Positions 10,405 to 17,535 of a stretch of DNA of 24,000 bases are shown piece after piece. The position numbers were made by a program, and so were the translations under genes. Under the pieces are notes generated by a model. It saw only the letters and a program-made list of their open reading frames with translations, had not been told where the DNA came from and did not search any database. The DNA is from Betaproteobacteria bacterium (GTDB lineage Bacteria; Pseudomonadota; Gammaproteobacteria; Burkholderiales; SG8-41): NCBI GenBank assembly GCA_947474275.1, contig CANJHY010000007.1:12426-36425 (forward strand). The letters run 5' to 3'. Each line of letters begins with the position of its first letter. Within the stretch, counting starts at the first letter, position 1.

Positions 10405-11667
10405 TCAGATCGTCATCTCGAGCGCGTAAAGGCCGCCGGCGAAACGGTCGACGGTAAACACGATTCCACGGTCATCGACGAATACGTCGTTGAGCTGGAT
10501 CGCTCCCGCTGGCGAGAGCTTGGGCGCGCCAGGCACGTAATAAGCGACTTCCTGCGGCTGGTACGGATTCGACAGATCGAAAGCACGCACGCCGCCGTTA
10601 AAGAACGTGCCAATGATGATGTTGTCGGACTTGAACGAGGCTTCCTTCGGCAGGTTCTCGTGCAGATTGTGCGAGCCATAGCGCCCCCCGCGTTTCCCGA
10701 ATGCTGCCGGTGACGGCATTGGCAAAGTGCTGATCGAAATTGGATGCGTTTCCGCGCGCGCGTCGAGCACCCACGTGAGCTTGGGCCAGTCGGCGGCGTT
10801 GTCCACCACCGATTCATCGGTCACTACCAGCAGCCCAGGCTTGAAGAGCGGCAGTACCGTATGCGTAAAGCCGAGGTACGGCGGGCAATTGCTCCAGCGC
10901 GAGATCACCTTGGGATGCGCCTTGTCGCTGATGTCCATGATGAGCGCGCCGTAATCCAGATACCCGACGTAGGCACGATCGGGCCGCTCAGGATAGACGT
11001 TGGTGTTGTGCGCGCGAAAGCCCGCGTAGCCGACCGGGAATTCGCCGACTTTCTGCCGCGGTGACGGCTCGGCGTCGCCCTCGCGCGTGCCCGGTGCCCA
11101 CCAGCGGCCGACCTCTTGCGGCTTGGAAGGATTGCGGATGTCGACGATGCGGTAGCACTGATCATCTTTCGGACTGCGCGGCTGAAAATCCGGCGCGCCC
11201 GAACTCATATGCACATACTCGCCGTCCGCAAACCACAGCACGTGCACGCCGCGCGAATATTGGCCCGATGCGTCGAAATGCGATATCAGGCGGGGTTGCT
11301 CCGGCTTGCTGACGTCAAAAATATCGAAACCGGCAGGTTTGTCGCCGGCTTTCGTCGTTTGATAAGCGACCGTCAGCGTATTGCCGACGACGTCCAGCGA
11401 ATTGGAACGCATGCCGCGATGCGGCAACTCGGTTTGCACGACGACCTTCGGATTGCGCGGATCGCTGACGTCCACGCCGCTGAAATTTTTCGGTGCCGAT
11501 TCATGGGCGAGCCACAGAATGCGCCGTCCGTCCGGCGCCAGTTGCATGTTTACGCCCTCACCCATGCCACCGAAGCCGCCGAGTTCGTGGTGCGAGAGGA
11601 GCTTCATGTTCCACGCCATGGTTTCCGACGGGTCCGCGCCTTTTGACATACTCATTTTCTGGTTCAT
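10405..11667 (-). CDS. LVIVD-repeat (COG5276-like) beta-propeller protein, apparently cytoplasmic
   Basis: 420 aa. The D-[IVL]-[SR]-x-P-x-x-P-x-x-[VI] blade signature recurs: FDVSKPEQPRLI, VDIRNPSKPQEV, MDISDKAHPKVI, FDLSNPYQPQEV, and also VDVSDPRNPKVV. No N-terminal signal peptide. Its stop lies 23 nt upstream of the COG0523 start on the same strand. Confidence 0.6.
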   Translation of the reverse strand: MNQKMSMSKGADPSETMAWNMKLLSHHELGGFGGMGEGVNMQLAPDGRRILWLAHESAPKNFSGVDVSDPRNPKVVVQTELPHRGMRSNSLDVVGNTLTVAYQTTKAGDKPAGFDIFDVSKPEQPRLISHFDASGQYSRGVHVLWFADGEYVHMSSGAPDFQPRSPKDDQCYRIVDIRNPSKPQEVGRWWAPGTREGDAEPSPRQKVGEFPVGYAGFRAHNTNVYPERPDRAYVGYLDYGALIMDISDKAHPKVISRWSNCPPYLGFTHTVLPLFKPGLLVVTDESVVDNAADWPKLTWVLDARAETHPISISTLPMPSPAAFGKRGGRYGSHNLHENLPKEASFKSDNIIIGTFFNGGVRAFDLSNPYQPQEVAYYVPGAPKLSPAGAIQLNDVFVDDRGIVFTVDRFAGGLYALEMTI

Positions 11668-11783
11668 GTTATGGGAAATTCCTGCAAATGAATGATGACC
11701 GGGGATGATTGCCGTTTGCGGCGAACCAAAACAAACTTCTTAAACGCCGTAATCTTACCGGCTTTAGCGTCTGGCAGCACGTC

Positions 11784-12215
11784 TCAGGGCGCGCCGTCTT
11801 CGCCCTTCCAGTGCAGCCACACGCGCAGCTTCCTGAAGTCGTCCGCATGCAGGCTGTCGGCAAGCAGCGTGATCCGTTTTCTGGCGCGGCCGTCGTGCTG
11901 TCGCAGATTGAGGACTGTCAGATACGGCATCGCATACGTGCTGCCCAGAACTTCGTACTCGTTCCACGCGCCACAGCGCGCTTGCACGCTGATCCGGTTG
12001 TCGGAGCTGATTTCAACTGCCACTGCAGAATCTGCCGCCAGCAGCAATGCCTGTCGCCTGACGACCACCAGCAGATGAACGAGCAATATCGTCGCCGCGA
12101 TGATTTTTGCCCATAACGAGAGATTGACTGACATCACGATGGCAATCGCGGCGCCGTGCGCGAGCGTCAGGATGCCCGCCAACAGCCGGGATGGCCGCAG
12201 GCTGATCTTCAACAC
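11784..12215 (-). CDS. ygfX: YgfX/CptA-like inner-membrane protein (DUF1434)
   Basis: GTG start. Two N-terminal TM helices (LLAGILTLAHGAAIAIV and IIAATILLVHLLVVV). The C-terminal LTVLNLRQHDGRARKRITLLADSLHADDFRKLRVWL parallels E. coli YgfX MMLRLRSDGGKRQHLWLAADSMDEAEWRDLRRIL as I remember it. Confidence 0.6.
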   Translation of the reverse strand: MLKISLRPSRLLAGILTLAHGAAIAIVMSVNLSLWAKIIAATILLVHLLVVVRRQALLLAADSAVAVEISSDNRISVQARCGAWNEYEVLGSTYAMPYLTVLNLRQHDGRARKRITLLADSLHADDFRKLRVWLHWKGEDGAP

Positions 12216-12260
12216 GGGTATGAAATATATTTCGCGCGCCAGCGATGCATCAAAAGACGG

Positions 12261-12277
12261 GCCGGCATAGTGCCGGC
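12261..12277 (-). terminator. Candidate intrinsic terminator/attenuator between the J-like genes and ygfX
   Basis: 7-bp GC stem GCCGGCA/TGCCGGC with a 3-nt loop, 4 nt after the stop of the 156-aa gene. On the minus strand CCGTCTTTTGA follows. The stem is short and the T-tract imperfect. Confidence 0.3.
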
Positions 12278-12280
12278 GCC

Positions 12281-12751
12281 CTAACGTTGCTGCCTGGCGT
12301 TCGCAGCATTCACCACGCTGTTTGGCGTGATGACGATACCTTTGGGCTGCTCGTCTTTGTGCCGCGCCACCGCCTGCACATGTTCGATCCTGACCTCGTC
12401 CATCTTGAGTGACAGGTGGCTATAGACGATGGTACCAAGCACGGCCGAAAGCGCGACCAGCACCACCGTGCCTATGCCAAGCCGGCGCCGACCGTAACTA
12501 TCGTCCGGGAATATCATCAGTTTGGCGCCAGGTTCAGCTTCCAGCAGCTTGGCATCGTAACGGGCCCGCTGTTGTGGGCTGGAGAGTATGCGGTAGCCAT
12601 CGCGTATTAATTGTGTCTCCATCACGGTTTCGGTAACGCCGCGCAGATTGCCTGCGCTCAGCCTGGCGGTCGCTTGTGCGTAGGCAGCGTCGATCTGCGC
12701 TTGATCGGCATCGTGCCCGATGCCCAGCATTTCATAGAACGATCTTTTCAC
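12281..12751 (-). CDS. Membrane-anchored J-like domain protein lacking the HPD motif
   Basis: GTG start. The N-terminus FYEMLGI...IDAAYAQATARL...IRDGYRILSSPQQRARYDAKL follows J-domain helices I-III, but the HPD loop is replaced by SAGNLRG. One TM helix (LGIGTVVLVALSAVLGTIVYSHL). Confidence 0.55.
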   Translation of the reverse strand: MKRSFYEMLGIGHDADQAQIDAAYAQATARLSAGNLRGVTETVMETQLIRDGYRILSSPQQRARYDAKLLEAEPGAKLMIFPDDSYGRRRLGIGTVVLVALSAVLGTIVYSHLSLKMDEVRIEHVQAVARHKDEQPKGIVITPNSVVNAANARQQR

Positions 12752-12775
12752 GGCGGTCTTTGCGGAAACTGCGCG

Positions 12776-13054
12776 CTACTTCGATTCGCGCGCGCTTGCG
12801 GCAGACGCAAAGGTTCTGGCGGGAGGTTTCAATGCCTGCAATTGCAGGCTGCGGTCGTAGTCGCACCGTAAATCAGGGTTCGATAGCGTGCGGTAAGCGG
12901 ATTGGATTGCAAGGTATTCGATGCGCGCGCGCTCACTGCTCTGGTTAAGCGGATTCTTCGGGTCGAGTTTTTTGGCGAGCCGGAAGAACGACTGCTGGAT
13001 GGTCGTTTGACTGGCATGCGGCGTGATACCGAGCTGCTCGTAATGCGTTTTCAT
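12776..13054 (-). CDS. Small soluble J-like domain protein with a degenerate HPD motif (LDP)
   Basis: Start at ATG 13054, preceded by GGGAGGAGC. HYEQLGITPHASQTTIQQSFFRLAKKLDPKNP...IQSAYRTLSNPDLRCDYDRSL matches the J-domain pattern with no His at the HPD position. 92 aa. Confidence 0.55.
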   Translation of the reverse strand: MKTHYEQLGITPHASQTTIQQSFFRLAKKLDPKNPLNQSSERARIEYLAIQSAYRTLSNPDLRCDYDRSLQLQALKPPARTFASAASARESK

Positions 13055-13282
13055 GCTCCTCCCTAGATTAGAAGCATTCCAACCGATTGCAATATATGGT
13101 ATTAGAATCAAGGTTTAACACTCTGTCAAATGTGCTTATTGGATAGAATTTTCATAAGCCTATGATTTATAATGTTTCTTTTTTTAAAATGTTGGATATG
13201 ACAGATAAATATTTGGTCCGGCAGGAAAATTATTCTGTGCCCGACTTGGCCGCCGCACATCCGGCGCGGCGCTGGAGTTCTG

Positions 13283-14266
13283 ATGGCGCATGAAGGCGAG
13301 GGAGCGGGCGGCGCAGATTCGGCGGCCGCGGTCGCCGGAGTCGCCAACCTGTCGCAGTTCGGTTTGATTCACTTTTCCGGCGCGGACGCGCAGGCTTTCC
13401 TGCAGGGGCAGCTGAGTTGCGACGTCAACGCGCTGCAAGCGGGCCAGGCGATTTACGGCAGCTATAACTCGCCCAAGGGCCGCATGCTTGCGAGTTTCCT
13501 GCTGTGGCGCGACACCGCGGGTTACGTGATGCAGTTGCCGCGCAGCCTGTGTGGCCCCATATGCAAGCGTCTGTCGATGTACATACTGCGTTCGAAGGTA
13601 AAAGCGTGCGACGTCAGCGAAGACCATGTGCTGTTGGGCATCGCCGGCATTGCTGCCGAAGAACTGCTTGCGCAGCACTTCAAGACTATTCCAGCGGCCG
13701 CGTTGACGACCGCCGCCGCCGGGGGAACGCAGTTATTGCGTCTCGATGCCGCGCGCTGGCTGCTTGTCGCCGACCGCGCAAGCGGCGGTGAAATACTGAA
13801 TGCGCTGCTGAAGAAAGCGCAATCTGTGAGTGACGCCGCCTGGGAGTTGACGAACATAGAGGCGGGAATACCTTTCATTACTCCGGCGACGCAAGACCAG
13901 TTTGTGCCACAAATGGCCAATCTGGATCTGCTCAATGGCGTGAGCTTCAGCAAGGGTTGTTATCCAGGCCAGGAAATCGTTGCACGCATGCATTATCTGG
14001 GTAAATTGAAACAGCGCATGTACCTTGCCGAGATCAGCGGCACGGATATACCCGCGCCCGGTAACAAGCTTTACAGCGCCGGCACTGGCGAGCAGGCCAC
14101 CGGCATGATCGTGAACGCCGCCCCTTCCCCCGGCGGCGGCCATACTGCTCTGGCCGTCATGCACATCGCAAGTTTTCAGAGTGGCGAAGTACATCTGAAT
14201 GCACCCGCCGGCCCCGCGCTGAAATTCAGGCCCCTGCCCTATGCAATACCGGCCGATCCGCCGTAA
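13283..14266 (+). CDS. ygfZ: Folate-binding Fe-S cluster repair/tRNA-modification protein YgfZ (GcvT-like fold)
   Basis: 327 aa. Family signature SKGCYPGQEIVARMHYLGKLKQRMY (KGCYxGQE) and an N-terminal GADAQAFLQGQLSCDV. Confidence 0.85.
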   Translation: MAHEGEGAGGADSAAAVAGVANLSQFGLIHFSGADAQAFLQGQLSCDVNALQAGQAIYGSYNSPKGRMLASFLLWRDTAGYVMQLPRSLCGPICKRLSMYILRSKVKACDVSEDHVLLGIAGIAAEELLAQHFKTIPAAALTTAAAGGTQLLRLDAARWLLVADRASGGEILNALLKKAQSVSDAAWELTNIEAGIPFITPATQDQFVPQMANLDLLNGVSFSKGCYPGQEIVARMHYLGKLKQRMYLAEISGTDIPAPGNKLYSAGTGEQATGMIVNAAPSPGGGHTALAVMHIASFQSGEVHLNAPAGPALKFRPLPYAIPADPP

Positions 14267-14277
14267 AGCGCCACGCC

Positions 14278-15069
14278 ATGTGCCTGATACTCTTCGCGCA
14301 TAAAGTTCATCCTGATTATCCGCTCGTGATGGCGGCGAATCGCGATGAGGCCTACGCGCGTCCGACCGCTGCAGCGACATTCTGGAACGACAGTCCGCAC
14401 ATATACGGTGGTCGCGATCTCGAGCAAGGCGGCACCTGGCTGGGCATTACCCGCAGCGGAACGTTTGCTGCGGTAACCAATTTTCGGGAAGGCGGCGGCG
14501 CAAAAAAATCATCGCGCTCCCGCGGCGAACTCGTCGCCAGCTTTCTGCACAAAAAACAGCGCCCCGCAGATTATGTCGCGCGAGTACACGGCAAGGCCGG
14601 CGACTATAACGGCTTCAATCTGCTGGCTGGTGATCTTGATGAATTGCAGTATTTGTCAAACCGTGGCGGCGAGCCGACAGTTGTTGCTCCAGGCGTGCAT
14701 GGTCTGAGCAATCACCTGTTGAATACGCCGTGGCCAAAAGTCGAGCGCGGCAGAAAAATCGTGACTGAATTGTTGCAAAGCAGATCCCAGGAGTTGATCG
14801 ACGGCCTGTTTGGCTTGCTTGCCGCGCGGACGATTGCGCCCGATAACGCCTTGCCTGAAACCGGTGTCGGACTGCCGCGTGAACGCGTGCTGTCGCCGGC
14901 TTTCATTGCATCGCCAACATATGGTACGCGTTCGTCGACGGTGATGCTGATCGACAATCACGGCGAGGTCATGTTTATCGAGCGCAGTTTCGGCGCACTC
15001 GGCAGCCCCGGCAGCAGCACGACGGGCCGCTTCGCTCTCGAAATCGCGCTTACTCCGGCAGCGGCGTAA
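14278..15069 (+). CDS. NRDE-family protein (DUF833, TANGO2 homologue)
   Basis: Starts MCLILFA, with Cys2 as in Ntn-type folds, and carries the eponymous ANRDE motif. It begins 11 nt after the ygfZ stop. Confidence 0.85.
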   Translation: MCLILFAHKVHPDYPLVMAANRDEAYARPTAAATFWNDSPHIYGGRDLEQGGTWLGITRSGTFAAVTNFREGGGAKKSSRSRGELVASFLHKKQRPADYVARVHGKAGDYNGFNLLAGDLDELQYLSNRGGEPTVVAPGVHGLSNHLLNTPWPKVERGRKIVTELLQSRSQELIDGLFGLLAARTIAPDNALPETGVGLPRERVLSPAFIASPTYGTRSSTVMLIDNHGEVMFIERSFGALGSPGSSTTGRFALEIALTPAAA

Positions 15070-15502
15070 GCAACGCCAGGCGCATGGCGCGATGAGGAAT
15101 GCCTGCATCGAGGTATTCCCCGCTCACGACTTCGAAACCGAATCTGCGGTAAAACCCGATGGCGTGCGTTTGCGCACTGAGTTCTACCGCCGCATGCCGT
15201 AATTCGCGCGCCGCCGCGATCAACTCAGCGAGAATCAGGCCACCGACACCCTGTTTGCGCCAGTGCGCCAGCACTGCCATGCGGCCGATATGCCCATCAG
15301 GCAATAGCCGGCCGGTGCCCACCGCCTCGCCGGCGGCAGTTGCCGCCAGTGCATGCAGACATAATTCGTCGATGCCGTCCCACTCGAGTTCTTCCGGCAC
15401 ATTCTGCTCTTCGACGAAAACAGTTTTACGTACCGCACGCAAGCGGACGCCTGCCTCGTGCCAGCTCACGCGGCTGACCGTAACTTGTGCGGAGCTATGC
15501 AT
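15050..15502 (-). CDS. GNAT-family N-acetyltransferase
   Basis: Acetyl-CoA-binding motif WRKQGVGGLILAEL and C-terminal FYRRFGF. I prefer the start at ATG 15502 over the listed 15541. The 3' end overlaps the convergent NRDE gene by 20 nt. Confidence 0.8.
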   Translation of the reverse strand: MHSSAQVTVSRVSWHEAGVRLRAVRKTVFVEEQNVPEELEWDGIDELCLHALAATAAGEAVGTGRLLPDGHIGRMAVLAHWRKQGVGGLILAELIAAARELRHAAVELSAQTHAIGFYRRFGFEVVSGEYLDAGIPHRAMRLALLTPLPE

Positions 15503-15511
15503 GATCTGAAT

Positions 15512-15517
15512 TATAAT
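15512..15517 (+). promoter_or_regulatory. Consensus TATAAT -10 box upstream of the aldolase-SDR/mtnA operon
   Basis: Perfect TATAAT 45 nt upstream of the ATG at 15562. No convincing -35 at 17-bp spacing, so this is tentative. Confidence 0.25.
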
Positions 15518-15561
15518 CGTGGCCGTCCGTATACCAACCAATAACTCCGGAAGCGCAATCG

Positions 15562-17535
15562 ATGCAAAGCCTGTGGCGGGATGACGAAGCGGCGGATTAC
15601 CGCGGCGATCTGGCGCAACGCGTTTATACCTCGCGGCTGCTGGGCCGCGACAAATCGCTGGTGCTGCACGGCGGCGGTAACACCTCCGTCAAAATCCGCG
15701 AACGCAATCTGGTCGGCGACGAAGAAGACATCCTCTACGTCAAGGGCAGCGGCTGGGACCTCGAGTTCATTGAGGAAGCCGGGTTTTCTCCGGTACGCAT
15801 GGCGCATCTCCTCAAGCTCGCAAAATTGAAAGCGCTGAGCGATCCGCAGATGGTCAACGAACTCGTTACCCATATGACGCGCGCCGCGGCGCCGGCGCCG
15901 TCGGTCGAAACGATATTGCACGCATTGCTGCCGCATAAATACGTCGATCACACCCATTCCGACGCGGTGCTCGCTGTCACGAACACCGCCGATGGCCCGC
16001 ATCGCATAACCGAAATATACGGCGACAAGGTCGCCGTCATTCCCTACATCATGCCGGGCTTCGATCTCGCGCGGCTGTGTGCCGGGTTATTGCCGCAGCA
16101 GTCGGGCAAAAATACCATCGGCATGGTATTGCTGAACCACGGTATTTTTTCTTTCGGTACAACCGCACGCGAATCCTACGAGCGCATGATCCAGCTGGTC
16201 GATATGGCTGAACGTTATCTTGAAAAGCACCGCGCGTGGCATTTGCAGCCTGCAGCGGCTGCCGCCTCGCTGCCAACGCAAACGGCTGCAATCGCGGCGC
16301 TGCGGAATTCAATTTCACAGTGTGCCGGCAGCCCCATGATCGTAGCGACGCTGCAAAACGGCCGCACCCTAGATTTTGCCCGCCGCGCCGATGTCGCGAC
16401 GGTTTCCCAGCAAGGCCCGGCGACACCCGATCACGTAATCCGCACCAAACGCCTGCCGATGGCGGGCCGCGACGTTGAAAAATACGCACAGGCTTACCGG
16501 GCTTATTTCGCACAAAATGCGCCGCAGACGAAACAGACCAAGACCATGCTCGATGCGGCGCCGCGGGTCGTGCTCGATACCGACTGCGGACTTTGCACAG
16601 TCGGCCGCACCATCAAAGACGCCGCTATCGTCGCCGACCTTTACACGCACACCATGGACGTGATCGAACGATCGACCCTGTTGGGTGGCTACAAGGCTTT
16701 GCCGGCGCGCGATATTTTCGATGTTGAGTACTGGGACCTCGAGCAGGCGAAGCTACGCAAGGCCGGCAAGCCGCCCCTGTTTGCAGGTGAAGTCGCGCTC
16801 GTCACCGGCGCGGCATCAGGCATAGGCAAAGCCTGCGTCGATGCCCTGCTCGCGCGCGGTGCGGCGGTGGTCGGTCTCGATATCGACGGGAAAATTACAA
16901 CACTGCATAAGCGGCAGGATTTTCTCGGTATACGCTGCGACATCACGTCGCGCGAAGCGGTGATTGCCGCTCTCGCATCCGCAGTACACGCGTATGGCGG
17001 ACTGGACATCCTGATACTCAACGCCGGCGTTTTCCCCGGCGGCACCAAAATCTCGGCCCTGGACGACGACGCATGGCGCAAGGTGATGGGCATCAATCTC
17101 GATGCCAACCTGATACTGATGCGCGAATGTCATGCCCTGCTCAAGCTCGCGCCGCGCGGCGGCCGCGTGGCGGTGGTCGGCTCGAAAAACGTCCCTGCCC
17201 CCGGCCCGGGTGCCGCGGCGTATTCAGCTTCTAAAGCCGCGCTCACCCAACTTGCGCGCGTTGCCGCGCTCGAATGGGGCGCCGACAACATTCGAGTCAA
17301 TACGCTGCATCCCAATGCGGTCTTCGACACCGGCATCTGGAGCGATGAAATACTCTCGTCGCGCGCCGCGCACTACGGACTCAGCGTCGAACAATACAAA
17401 AAGAACAATGTCCTGCAGACCGCAATCACCAGCCGCGACATTGCCGAACTCGCGGCCGAGACCTGCGGCCCGCTGTTCGCCAAGACCACCGGGGCGCAGA
17501 TCCCGGTCGACGGCGGCAACGAGCGCGTGATCTGA
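15562..17535 (+). CDS. Bifunctional class II aldolase/adducin-domain + short-chain dehydrogenase/reductase fusion protein
   Basis: 657 aa. N-terminal domain: LVLHGGGNTSVK and the metal-binding His pair VDHTHSD. C-terminal SDR: TGAASGIGKA, LNAGV, YSASKAA (YxxxK). It resembles the family annotated as rhamnulose-1-phosphate aldolase/alcohol dehydrogenase. Confidence 0.85.
   Translation: MQSLWRDDEAADYRGDLAQRVYTSRLLGRDKSLVLHGGGNTSVKIRERNLVGDEEDILYVKGSGWDLEFIEEAGFSPVRMAHLLKLAKLKALSDPQMVNELVTHMTRAAAPAPSVETILHALLPHKYVDHTHSDAVLAVTNTADGPHRITEIYGDKVAVIPYIMPGFDLARLCAGLLPQQSGKNTIGMVLLNHGIFSFGTTARESYERMIQLVDMAERYLEKHRAWHLQPAAAAASLPTQTAAIAALRNSISQCAGSPMIVATLQNGRTLDFARRADVATVSQQGPATPDHVIRTKRLPMAGRDVEKYAQAYRAYFAQNAPQTKQTKTMLDAAPRVVLDTDCGLCTVGRTIKDAAIVADLYTHTMDVIERSTLLGGYKALPARDIFDVEYWDLEQAKLRKAGKPPLFAGEVALVTGAASGIGKACVDALLARGAAVVGLDIDGKITTLHKRQDFLGIRCDITSREAVIAALASAVHAYGGLDILILNAGVFPGGTKISALDDDAWRKVMGINLDANLILMRECHALLKLAPRGGRVAVVGSKNVPAPGPGAAAYSASKAALTQLARVAALEWGADNIRVNTLHPNAVFDTGIWSDEILSSRAAHYGLSVEQYKKNNVLQTAITSRDIAELAAETCGPLFAKTTGAQIPVDGGNERVI

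Noticed and set aside
11668-11783. Search for a Zur/Fur-type AT-rich palindromic box upstream of the LVIVD/COG0523 unit.
   Set aside because: I saw no convincing palindrome of the GAAATGTTATAATATAACATTTC type or similar by eye. Absence cannot be proven without a PWM scan, so metal regulation remains untested rather than supported.
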